A DNA stretch of 46,411 nt, from NCBI GenBank assembly GCA_964513365.1, contig CAZEMH010000002.1, positions 1 through 46,411 on the forward strand, in the 5' to 3' direction. Position numbers and translations under genes: made by a program. The notes beneath the pieces are model-generated. The model was not told the DNA's origin. It did not search any database and worked only from the letters and a program-made list of their open reading frames with translations. The DNA is from an uncultured Candidatus Saccharibacteria bacterium. GTDB lineage: Bacteria; Patescibacteriota; Minisyncoccia; UBA6257. Shown here one piece after another: positions 15,798-23,911 of the stretch; the first letter of the stretch is position 1; the number at the start of each line of letters is the position of its first letter.

Positions 15798-16731
15798 AGA
15801 GCTTCCTAAGCCAATTCGTTTAGATAAATATTTAAAGCAAGAAATTAAATATATTTCTCGTGAAAAAATTATCCATTATATCAGAGATGGGAAAATAAGA
15901 ATTGAAGGTAAAAATAAAATTAAGCCAAGTTATATTCTGAAAGGAAAAGAAAAGATTTTATTAGAAATTCCTGATTTTTCTAATTCAATTAAAAAACAAT
16001 CATTTATAAAACCTCAATTTCTTTCTCCTGAACCAAAAATTTTATATGAAGATAAAAATTTATTAATCATTAATAAGCCATCAGGCATAATTGTTCATCC
16101 TGGTATTAATAATATTGCTAATCCGTCAATTGCCGGTTGGTTTTTACAAAGATACCCTTTTGTCCTTGATGTAGGTGAGGATAAGTTAAGGCCAGGTATT
16201 GTGCATCGCTTGGATAAAGAAACATCAGGAGTGCTTATTCTTGTTAAGAATAATCTTGTTTTTAGCTATCTGAAAAATCTTTTTAAAGCAAGAAAAATTA
16301 AGAAAAAATATATTGCATTAGTAAGAGGAGAAATTAAAAAGCAGCATGGAATAATAAATTTTCCTTTAATTCGTTCTAAAAAAATACCAATAAAAAAGAA
16401 AGTTGTGATTAAGAAAGATAAAGGCAAGAATGCTTTAACAAAATACAAAGTCTTAAAACGATATCAAGGGTATACGCTTTTAGAAATTTTTCCTGAGACT
16501 GGCCGTATGCATCAAATAAGAGTGCATTTAGCAAGTATTGGATTTCCTGTAGTTGGTGACAAGATATATGGCAGATTAAAAAAACCAGGGGGATTAAATC
16601 TAACTCATCATTTTCTTCATGCTCAAGAAATTTCTTTTGTTTCTTCTGACGGGAAAGCACTTAAAATACAATCACCTTTACCAAATGATTTAAAGAAATT
16701 ATTGCAAGAATTAAAGCCTAAAATTGACTAA
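15775..16731 (+). CDS. rluD: RluA-family 23S rRNA pseudouridine synthase (RluD-like) with N-terminal S4 domain
   Basis: S4-like N-terminus (IRLDKYL...), catalytic HRLDKETSGVLIL motif, and a C-terminal GRMHQIRVHL motif. Confidence 0.85.
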   Translation: MIKTIIVKELPKPIRLDKYLKQEIKYISREKIIHYIRDGKIRIEGKNKIKPSYILKGKEKILLEIPDFSNSIKKQSFIKPQFLSPEPKILYEDKNLLIINKPSGIIVHPGINNIANPSIAGWFLQRYPFVLDVGEDKLRPGIVHRLDKETSGVLILVKNNLVFSYLKNLFKARKIKKKYIALVRGEIKKQHGIINFPLIRSKKIPIKKKVVIKKDKGKNALTKYKVLKRYQGYTLLEIFPETGRMHQIRVHLASIGFPVVGDKIYGRLKKPGGLNLTHHFLHAQEISFVSSDGKALKIQSPLPNDLKKLLQELKPKID

Positions 16732-16777
16732 AGCCATTTATCTGTGTTAAAGTGGTAATAATAGAAAAATATTAATC

Positions 16778-17104
16778 ATGACTGAATTAAAAGTAGAAGA
16801 AATAAAGCCTGGAATGTACGTCAAGATCTCTCAAAAGATTAAAGACGGCGATAAAGAAAAAACGCAACATATAGAAGGGCTTGTAATAGCAAGAAAGCAT
16901 GGTAAAGAGTTAGGCGCTACTATTACTATAAGAAGAGTAATGGATGGAGTAGGCGTGGAATGGATATTGCCAGTTTTTTCTCCGAGAATAAAAAAGATTG
17001 AATTAGTTAGAGCTGCTCGAGTAAAGAGAGCAAAATTGTATTTCCTTAGAGATAAATCTCAGAAACAAATTCGCGCTAAATTGAAAAAGGAAACTAAAAA
17101 GTAA
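16778..17104 (+). CDS. rplS: 50S ribosomal protein L19
   Basis: 108 aa; pattern G..V.I......G.KE..Q...G.VIA....G...T.T.RR...GVGVE...P..SP.I..IE typical of L19. Confidence 0.9.
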   Translation: MTELKVEEIKPGMYVKISQKIKDGDKEKTQHIEGLVIARKHGKELGATITIRRVMDGVGVEWILPVFSPRIKKIELVRAARVKRAKLYFLRDKSQKQIRAKLKKETKK

Positions 17105-17126
17105 GAAGCAAAAAAGTTATATAAAA

Positions 17127-17137
17127 AGCCCCATCGT
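17127..17137 (+). repeat. 11-mer AGCCCCATCGT immediately upstream of a LAGLIDADG ORF (copy 1)
   Basis: Identical to 33805-33815. It ends 3 nt before the ATG at 17141. Confidence 0.8.
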
Positions 17138-17140
17138 TTT

Positions 17141-17395
17141 ATGAAGCCACTAGGTAAAGTTAAAATTAAATGGTCACCGGATTTTGCTTACGCGATAGGA
17201 TTATTAGTAACCGATGGAAATTTATCTCCGGATAATAGGCATATTACTTTTACTTCCAGAGACCTTGAATTCATTCATAAATTTCAGAAAAGCTTGAAAA
17301 TTAATTTTCATATTGGCAGAAAATCAAGTAGTTTTGAGAGCTATAAAAAGTATCATATTGTTCAAATCGAATTTGTTTGTATAGGAAGCGAATAA
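17141..17395 (+). pseudogene. Truncated LAGLIDADG homing endonuclease (N-terminal 84 aa only)
   Basis: FAYAIGLLVTDGNLSPD is a LAGLIDADG motif. The ORF stops after 84 aa and only 47 nt remain before the next tRNA, so the rest of the fold is missing. Confidence 0.6.
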
Positions 17396-17442
17396 AAATA
17401 GAGAAAACTTTAAAAATTAATAGTAAGCAATTATTAAATTAT

Positions 17443-17526
17443 GCGCGGGTGCTGTAATTGGTAGCCAGGCCAGCCTAAGGAGCTGGTGTCCGCAAGGGCG
17501 TGGAGGTTCGAGTCCTCTCCCGCGCA
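17443..17526 (+). tRNA. tRNA-Leu(AAG), type II (A at wobble position 34)
   Basis: Acceptor GCGCGGG/CCCGCGC, anticodon stem CCAGC/GCTGG, loop CTAAGGA (U33, A34 A35 G36, G37), 15-nt variable arm with GCAA loop, T arm GGAGG-TTCGAGT-CCTCT, A73. No CCA. Confidence 0.8.
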
Positions 17527-17550
17527 CCCGGATAATTAGACACTAACTTT

Positions 17551-17586
17551 CTACCATTTGACACATGGTAGTTTTGGGTATATATT
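17551..17586 (+). promoter_or_regulatory. Hairpin after tRNA-Leu(AAG) overlapping a candidate promoter for the downstream island
   Basis: CTACCAT-TTGACAC-ATGGTAG is a 7-bp hairpin (17551-17571) followed by TTTT. TTGACA (17558-17563), 17-nt spacer, TATATT (17581-17586). Confidence 0.4.
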
Positions 17587-17633
17587 TAAAACAGGAAAGT
17601 CGAAGAAAAATAAAATAACTATTAATTATCAAT

Positions 17634-17861
17634 ATGTCTTCATTTAAAAATAGTATTGGTGCTTTTAACAAAGAACCAAGCACAAGTCGAGGTTTAAGCC
17701 AAGGAGGTGGACGAGGACGTCAGCCAGGAGGTTTTGGTTTAGGTCCTTCGGGTTTCTGTGTTTGTCCTAAGTGCGGGGAGAAAACTCCCCATCAAAGAGG
17801 AATTCCTTGCTATCAAATTAAGTGCCCGAAATGTGGTACTCAAATGACTAGAGAAAAATAA
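17634..17861 (+). CDS. Small Gly/Arg-rich protein with a 4-Cys zinc ribbon (resembles the DUF5320-type small proteins that accompany NifX-like genes)
   Basis: 75 aa; GGGRGRQPGGFGLGPSG followed by CVCPKCG-x14-CPKCG. Confidence 0.6.
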   Translation: MSSFKNSIGAFNKEPSTSRGLSQGGGRGRQPGGFGLGPSGFCVCPKCGEKTPHQRGIPCYQIKCPKCGTQMTREK

Positions 17862-17878
17862 ATTTAATAAATAAATTT

Positions 17879-18289
17879 ATGAAGATTTGTATTACTTCTT
17901 CGGATTTAAATTTAAATTCTCCAGTAGATTCACGATTTGGCAGAGCTCAATATTTTCTTATTTTAGACGAGAAGGGGAATTTAGAAGAGACCATATCAAA
18001 TCCTGGAGTTTTAGCAAGTGGAGGAGCTGGTATTGCTGCTGCTCAAAAAATTATCGATCAAGGGGTGAAAATTCTGATTACTGGAAACATTGGACCAAAT
18101 GCTCTCGGTGTTTTAGAAACAACTAATATACAAATATTTTTATGTCCCTTTAATATTAAGGTAAAAGAAGCGTTTTTAATGTGGAAAAACGATAAATTAA
18201 CCCTGATGAAAAAACCTTCTGTTCCTGGTCATTTTGGTCATGGGTCTCCAGGCGGTCGCAGAGGGTTTAATAGAAGAGGAAGAAGATAG
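17879..18289 (+). CDS. NifX/NafY-like (dinitrogenase FeMo-cofactor-binding fold, COG1433) protein with a Gly/Arg tail
   Basis: MKICITS...VDSRFGRAQYFLILD...NPG...GGAGIAAAQKIIDQGVKILITGNIGPNA matches the family pattern. The C-terminus is GSPGGRRGFNRRGRR. Confidence 0.75.
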   Translation: MKICITSSDLNLNSPVDSRFGRAQYFLILDEKGNLEETISNPGVLASGGAGIAAAQKIIDQGVKILITGNIGPNALGVLETTNIQIFLCPFNIKVKEAFLMWKNDKLTLMKKPSVPGHFGHGSPGGRRGFNRRGRR

Positions 18290-18293
18290 AAAT

Positions 18294-19532
18294 ATGGAAA
18301 GTATACTTGGAAAAGGTCAAAAAGCAGCCATAATAGCAGGATTTACTACACTTTTTTTTGCTTTGGCTAAAGGGGTAGTCGGGTTCTTTTCCGGAAGTGT
18401 GGTTCTTTTAGCTGATGCTGTTCATAGTGGAGCTGATTCTTTTTCCACTTTTTTTGCTTGGCTTGGATTAAAAATTGCCCAAAAGAAACCCACTGAAAAA
18501 TTTCCATACGGATATTATAAAGCAGAAAATATAGCTTCACTTTTAATAGCTGTTCTGATTTTGTTTGCCGGGTATGAAATTGTTAAAGAAGGTATCAATA
18601 AAATTTTTATAGAATATCAACTGAATATTCCCTTAATCGCAGTAACTGTTGCTGCTCTAGATGCTTTAGTAATGTTTTCTATAGGAAATTATGAAGTTAA
18701 GATTGGGAAAAAGATTAATTCTCAAAGCTTAATATCTGACGGAACAGAATCAAAAATGCATATATTTTCTTCCTCAATAGTTCTTGTAGGATTATTCTCT
18801 TCTTGGTTTGGAGTTCCGTACATGGAAGGAATTATGGGTATTTTGATTTCCTTCTTTATCTTTAAGGTTGGCATTGAGTCAGTTAAAGATTCTCTATTTG
18901 CTTTAATGGATGTTTCTCCAAGCAAAGAAATGGAAGAGAAAATAAAGAAAATTTTAAGAGGTATTTCTGGACTCCGAGATTTTGATAATTTAAAATTACG
19001 AAAATCGGGCCCTTTTGTCTTTGGAGAAGTTGAAATTAAAATTGGGAAAAACGTAAATATTAAGAGAGCCTCTGAAATCTCTTCTATTGTTGAAAGAGAA
19101 ATAAAAAAGAGAATTAAAACAATAGATTCATTTTTAGTTACTATCTCTTCCTATCAAACCAAAAAACAAAAACTTTGTATTCCGATAAAAGAAGGCAAAG
19201 ACCTTGATTCTAAAATATCAAATCATTTTGGGAGAGCCGAAAAATTTATCTTTATAGAATTAGAAAGCGGGAAGATTAGAAATTATTACTTAAAAGATAA
19301 CCCTTATAGAGAAAAAGAAATAAGGGCTGGCTTGGATGCTTCTCTTTTTGTAATAAAGGAGAAAATTGACTCTATTATAACCAAAGAAATGGGTCCGATA
19401 TCTTTGCATACCCTAAGAGATAACATAGTGGATGTTTATAAAGGAGAAGGGCTGAAAGTAAGAAAAATTATTGAAAACTTTTCTGCTGGTAAATTGAAAA
19501 TTTTAAAAGAAGCGACAAGAGAAAAAACTTAA
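18294..19532 (+). CDS. Cation diffusion facilitator (CDF) metal transporter fused to a C-terminal NifX-like domain
   Basis: CDF TM core (LLADAVHSGADSFST..., FPYGYYKAENI), a CDF cytoplasmic domain, then about 120 aa (nt 19170-19529) with KLCIPI...ISNHFGRAEKFIFIEL...NPY of the NifX-like pattern. I prefer the MESILGK start (ATG 18294) over ORF-track 18234, which overlaps the previous gene. Confidence 0.75.
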   Translation: MESILGKGQKAAIIAGFTTLFFALAKGVVGFFSGSVVLLADAVHSGADSFSTFFAWLGLKIAQKKPTEKFPYGYYKAENIASLLIAVLILFAGYEIVKEGINKIFIEYQLNIPLIAVTVAALDALVMFSIGNYEVKIGKKINSQSLISDGTESKMHIFSSSIVLVGLFSSWFGVPYMEGIMGILISFFIFKVGIESVKDSLFALMDVSPSKEMEEKIKKILRGISGLRDFDNLKLRKSGPFVFGEVEIKIGKNVNIKRASEISSIVEREIKKRIKTIDSFLVTISSYQTKKQKLCIPIKEGKDLDSKISNHFGRAEKFIFIELESGKIRNYYLKDNPYREKEIRAGLDASLFVIKEKIDSIITKEMGPISLHTLRDNIVDVYKGEGLKVRKIIENFSAGKLKILKEATREKT

Positions 19533-19542
19533 TTTTGAAATT

Positions 19543-20397
19543 ATGAAAAATTTGTTTCAAAAGATCCTGGATAATACTAGAAAAGCTCAAAAAATTGTTA
19601 TTACAGGAGGCAAGGGAGGAACAGGAAAATCAACAGTTGCTGTCTTAATGGCCGCTGAATTATTAAGAAAAGGGAAAAAAGTAATTCTCTGTGATTGCGA
19701 TATTGAATGCCCAAATGATTATTTACTGACGGGCCAAAAATTAAAAAAACCGGTAAAAAAAGTTTATGCTGAGTTTCCAAAATTAATTAAAAAAAAATGC
19801 ACCAAATGTGGATTATGTGTTAAAACTTGTCGGAGTAACGCTATTTTTCAAGTACCTGGTCAGTATCCAATTTTTATTAAAAACTTATGTTCTGGTTGTG
19901 GAGCTTGCTGGGCAGTTTGTCCATTTGGAGCAATTAAACCTCAAAAACAAGAAATAGGTCAAATATATTATAATAAAATCAAAAATTTAGATTTGATTAC
20001 TGGAGTAGCGAACCCAGGCATAGAAGAAACAGGGCCAGTGGTAAAAGAAGTAAAAGAATTTACTCTAAAATTTGCCAAAAAGATTAAAGCGGATATAGTT
20101 TTATTTGATACAGCAGCTGGTACTCATTGTCCAGTAATCAATGCTCTCCTCAATACTGACCTTGCTTTTGCTGTTACCGAGCCTACTCCAATGGGTGCCT
20201 ATGATTTGAATTTAGTATTGAGTTTGTGTAAAAAATTAAAAATTCCTGCTAAAATTATTTTAAACCAAGCAGATTTAGGTAAAAAACAAGAAATTAAAAA
20301 AATTGCTAAAAAATACAAAGTAAAAATTGGAAAAGAAATTTCTTATTCAAGAGAAATTGTTAAAGCTTATTATAGAGGGAAACTGTTAAATTTCTAA
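19543..20397 (+). CDS. MinD/Mrp-superfamily P-loop ATPase with inserted 2x[4Fe-4S] ferredoxin domain (COG1149 type), copy 1
   Basis: Deviant Walker A GGKGGTGKST, two cluster motifs CTKCGLCVKTC and CSGCGACWAVCP, then the remainder of the ParA/MinD fold. Confidence 0.8.
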   Translation: MKNLFQKILDNTRKAQKIVITGGKGGTGKSTVAVLMAAELLRKGKKVILCDCDIECPNDYLLTGQKLKKPVKKVYAEFPKLIKKKCTKCGLCVKTCRSNAIFQVPGQYPIFIKNLCSGCGACWAVCPFGAIKPQKQEIGQIYYNKIKNLDLITGVANPGIEETGPVVKEVKEFTLKFAKKIKADIVLFDTAAGTHCPVINALLNTDLAFAVTEPTPMGAYDLNLVLSLCKKLKIPAKIILNQADLGKKQEIKKIAKKYKVKIGKEISYSREIVKAYYRGKLLNF

Positions 20398-20400
20398 AAC

Positions 20401-21285
20401 ATGAGAAATGAAAAATTGAAATTAGTAATAGTTTCAGGTAAGGGAGGAGTAGGAAAGTCAATGCTGAGCTCGGCCTTAGCAATGCTCTTTGCAAAAGATT
20501 TCAAGGTAATAGCGGCTGATTGCGATGTTGATGCGCCTAATTTAGCTATTTGGCTAAACGAAATAGGAAATTGGGATAAAATTGAAAAAATAAGTGTTTC
20601 TGAAAAACCTGTAATTGACAACAGTAAATTAACCCAAAAAGAAGCTAAATTGTGTGTAGAAAAGTGCAAATTTAATGCCTTGGAAGTAAAAAAAGGAAAG
20701 TTAAAATTGAATCCTTTTTTATGCGAAGGATGTGGAGCTTGCGAAATTTTTTGTCCATCTGGAGCGGTAAAAATGAAGCCGGTAAAAAACGGAGAAATAA
20801 AAACAAAAAAAACAAAATACAATTTTACTTTAGTTTCCGGACAACTTTATCCGGGAGAGACAGGTTCTGGAAAGATGGTTACAAAAATTAAACAGCGAGC
20901 GGAAAAACTTAAAGGAAAATTAATGTTAATTGATTCTGCTCCAGGAACCGGTTGTCCGGTTATTGCTTCTCTTCAAGATGCAAACTTCGCTATTTTAGTA
21001 ACCGAACCGACTCCTTCTGGGTTTTCAGATTTAAAAAGAGTTTTGGAAGTAGTTAATCACTTTAAAATTTCTTGGAGATTGGTAATAAATAAATGGGATA
21101 TCAATTCTCCATTGAGTAATAAAATTGAAAAATGGGCTGGTAAAAAAATTTTAGGTAAGATATCTTACGACAAAAAGATTTTTAAAGCAATTGCCAATTT
21201 GACGCCAATTCTAGAAACCAATTTAAATGTTAAAAAAGAAATAATTCAGATTTTTAATAAATTAAAAATTAATTTTAAATGTTAA
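20401..21285 (+). CDS. MinD/Mrp-superfamily P-loop ATPase with inserted ferredoxin domain (COG1149 type), copy 2
   Basis: SGKGGVGKSM Walker A. CVEKCKFNAL (degenerate) and CEGCGACEIFCP motifs. It starts 3 nt after copy 1. Confidence 0.8.
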   Translation: MRNEKLKLVIVSGKGGVGKSMLSSALAMLFAKDFKVIAADCDVDAPNLAIWLNEIGNWDKIEKISVSEKPVIDNSKLTQKEAKLCVEKCKFNALEVKKGKLKLNPFLCEGCGACEIFCPSGAVKMKPVKNGEIKTKKTKYNFTLVSGQLYPGETGSGKMVTKIKQRAEKLKGKLMLIDSAPGTGCPVIASLQDANFAILVTEPTPSGFSDLKRVLEVVNHFKISWRLVINKWDINSPLSNKIEKWAGKKILGKISYDKKIFKAIANLTPILETNLNVKKEIIQIFNKLKINFKC

Positions 21286-21357
21286 ATTATGCCACCTTTG
21301 TGTGGTACTGCTAATGTCAGGTAGTTTTAATCAAAAACAATTTTAGTACTCATTTTA

Positions 21358-23016
21358 ATGAAAAAAGATTTCTCAATTTTAGTAGGAGGAGCAGCAGGAG
21401 AAGGATCTAGAAAAGCCGGACTTATGATAGCCAAATTATTCTCAAATCTAGGTTATAGGATTTTTATTTATGATGATTACCAATCTTTAATTAGAGGTGG
21501 TCATAGTTTTTCCCAGATTAGAGCTTCTAATAAAAAAATCTTAACTCATCGTAAAAAAATAGATTTTCTTCTGGCCCTAGATGAAACTACCATTAGAAAA
21601 CATCAGGCTGATTTAGACAAAAAAGGAGTAATTATTTATAACAGTGATAAGATCTCTATTAAGAACGAGAACGCAATAGGAATAGCCACGGAAACAATTG
21701 TTAAAAAAGCCGACGGGGTTTCTATAATGGGAAATACTGCCTTTATAGCCGGATTTGCAAAAATTATCGGTATTAATTGGAAAATCTTAGAGAAACTTTT
21801 TAAAAAAGAATTTAAAAAATCTAAAGGGGTAAACCTAAAAATAGCCAAGAAAGCCTTTAATGATACAAAAAACTTAATTAAGATTAAAAAGTTGAATCAG
21901 AAATCACTACCTGTTTTGACAGGTAATGAAGCCCTTTCTCTAGGAGCGGTTAAGGCCGGACTTGATTTTTACATTGCTTATCCCATGACTCCAGCTACTG
22001 GAATTTTACATTATTTAGCAGCTCGCAAAGAGGATTTTGGTATCGCTGTAGCTCAGTTGGAAAATGAAGTGGGTATTGTAAATGCTGCTATTGGGGCATC
22101 TTACACTGGTGCTAGGACTATGGTTGGGACTTCAGGAGGCGGATTTGCTTTAATGGTAGAAGGACTTAGTCTAGCTGCTCAAAGCGAAATACCTTTAGTA
22201 ATAGTAGAAAGCCAAAGGATGTCTCCTGCCACTGGAGTGCCAACTTATAGCGGCCAGGGCGATTTATTATTTGCCTTGACTGCTGGACATGGCGATATTT
22301 TGAGGTTTGTCATTGCTCCCGGCGACGCCGATGAGGCTTGTTTCTGGGCAGGAAAAATTTTAAATCTTTCCTGGAAATATCAAACCCCTTCTATTTTATT
22401 AATAGATAAGGAAATTTCTGAAAGCACATTTAGTTTTGATGAAAATATTTTAAATAAGATTAAATATGAAAAACCTTTAGTTTGGAATAAAGACGGGCAA
22501 TACTTAAGATATAAAGATACAAAAAATGGAATTTCTCCTCTTGCTTTTCCCGGAGAAAAAAATGTAATTTCAAAAGCAAATAGTTACGAGCATGATGAGT
22601 TTGGTATTACCGTGGAAGACGAAAAAAGCACGGAAAAAATGCAGAATAAAAGATTAAGAAAATTTAAAGAGATGAAGAAAGAGGTAAATAAGCTTGAGGC
22701 AATTAAAATTTATGGCAACAAGTATGCTAAAAAAGCAATTATTGTTTGGGGCTCAACTAAAGGACCGGCGAAGGAAGCAGCTGAAAAATTAGGAATTAAA
22801 ATGATTCAACCCATTATTCTTGAACCGTTTCCAAAAAAGCAAATGAAGGAAGCATTAAGAGGGGTTAATAAATTAATTTTGTTAGAAACAAATGCATTAG
22901 GGCAAATGGAGAAAGTCTTAAATTGTTATGGGATAAAAATTGATAGAAAGATTTTGAAATATAATGCTAAACCATTTCTTCCTGAAGAGATAGAAAAAAA
23001 ATTATCTAAATTCTAA
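21358..23016 (+). CDS. 2-oxoacid:ferredoxin oxidoreductase, fused gamma-alpha subunit
   Basis: N-terminal gamma-type domain (VGGAAGEGSRKAG...IRGGHS), then an alpha N-terminal domain (LTGNEALSLGAVKAGLDFYIAYPMTPAT). Confidence 0.85.
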   Translation: MKKDFSILVGGAAGEGSRKAGLMIAKLFSNLGYRIFIYDDYQSLIRGGHSFSQIRASNKKILTHRKKIDFLLALDETTIRKHQADLDKKGVIIYNSDKISIKNENAIGIATETIVKKADGVSIMGNTAFIAGFAKIIGINWKILEKLFKKEFKKSKGVNLKIAKKAFNDTKNLIKIKKLNQKSLPVLTGNEALSLGAVKAGLDFYIAYPMTPATGILHYLAARKEDFGIAVAQLENEVGIVNAAIGASYTGARTMVGTSGGGFALMVEGLSLAAQSEIPLVIVESQRMSPATGVPTYSGQGDLLFALTAGHGDILRFVIAPGDADEACFWAGKILNLSWKYQTPSILLIDKEISESTFSFDENILNKIKYEKPLVWNKDGQYLRYKDTKNGISPLAFPGEKNVISKANSYEHDEFGITVEDEKSTEKMQNKRLRKFKEMKKEVNKLEAIKIYGNKYAKKAIIVWGSTKGPAKEAAEKLGIKMIQPIILEPFPKKQMKEALRGVNKLILLETNALGQMEKVLNCYGIKIDRKILKYNAKPFLPEEIEKKLSKF

Positions 23017-23022
23017 TATTTT

Positions 23023-23868
23023 ATGGTTAAAAAGAACATAAATCTAGATACTTATGCTAAAAACACCTGGTGTCCTGGTTGTGGTAATTTTGGGATTTTA
23101 GCTGCTTTAAAAATGGCGATTTCTTCTTTATTGACAAGCGGATTACCTAAAGAAAATATAGTGGTTGTAAGTGGAATAGGCTGTAGCTCAAAAATTATTG
23201 ATTATCTCAACCTAAATAGTTTTTCTTCTTTACACGGAAGGCCAATTACTTCAGCTGAAGGAATAAAATTAGGAAATCCAAATCTTAAAGTTATTGTCTG
23301 TGCCGGAGACGGTGGGACCTATAACGAAGGGATTTCTCATTTAATTCATGCTGCCAAAAGAAATATTGATATTACAGTTTTAATTCACAATAACAGGAAT
23401 TTTGCTTTAACTACCGGTCAATTCACCGCTACTTCCCCAGAGGGGTTTAAAGGAAAATCTACTCCCGAAGGAAGCATGGAAGAACAATTTGATCCCATAA
23501 AAATAATGTTAGCCTCCAAAGCTACTTTTATAGCTCGGGGGTATTCTGCTAAAGCAGAACATCTGAAAAATTTAATTTTGAAAGGAGTTAACCATAGAGG
23601 ATTCTCTTTTATTGATATTTTACAACCTTGTGTTTCATTTTTTGATACATATAAGTTTTATAATGAACGGGTTTTTGAAATGAAATCTGAAAATTTAACA
23701 TCAGAGAAAGAAGCTCTGAAAAAAATTAATCAATGGGGATACGGACAGAAAGGAATGAAAATTCCCATTGGTATATTTTATAAAATCCAAAAACCAACTT
23801 ATGAAAAACGATTACTAAAAGGCCTGATTCCTTCAAGAAGAAAGAAGAAGATTAAGGTAACTATCTAA
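23023..23868 (+). CDS. 2-oxoacid:ferredoxin oxidoreductase, beta (TPP-binding) subunit
   Basis: WCPGCGNFGIL and GDGG...NN..FALTTGQ TPP/Fe-S motifs. Confidence 0.85.
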   Translation: MVKKNINLDTYAKNTWCPGCGNFGILAALKMAISSLLTSGLPKENIVVVSGIGCSSKIIDYLNLNSFSSLHGRPITSAEGIKLGNPNLKVIVCAGDGGTYNEGISHLIHAAKRNIDITVLIHNNRNFALTTGQFTATSPEGFKGKSTPEGSMEEQFDPIKIMLASKATFIARGYSAKAEHLKNLILKGVNHRGFSFIDILQPCVSFFDTYKFYNERVFEMKSENLTSEKEALKKINQWGYGQKGMKIPIGIFYKIQKPTYEKRLLKGLIPSRRKKKIKVTI

Positions 23869-23911
23869 CGCATAACTTAAATTAAACATACTATAAAAAT
23901 AAAATATAATT

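Noticed and set aside
18234-18293. 20-codon N-terminal extension of the CDF gene (MVMGLQAVAEGLIEEEEDRN).
   Set aside because: It overlaps the Gly/Arg tail of the NifX-like gene in another frame. ATG 18294 lies 4 nt after that gene's stop and begins the CDF-like sequence.
20394-20822. 142-aa antisense ORF opposite the second MinD-ferredoxin ATPase.
   Set aside because: It is the mirror frame of a well-supported gene. Its composition is Phe/Ser/Ile-rich, as expected from the antisense of Lys/Glu-rich AT-rich coding DNA, and it has no motif.
21286-21357. The 72-nt gap between the second ATPase and the OFOR genes, containing CCAC-CTTTGT-GTGG and an 11-codon ORF, considered as a terminator or leader peptide.
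   Set aside because: The stem is only 4 bp, no T-run follows, and the mini-ORF has no support. It cannot be distinguished from a plain intergenic spacer by eye.
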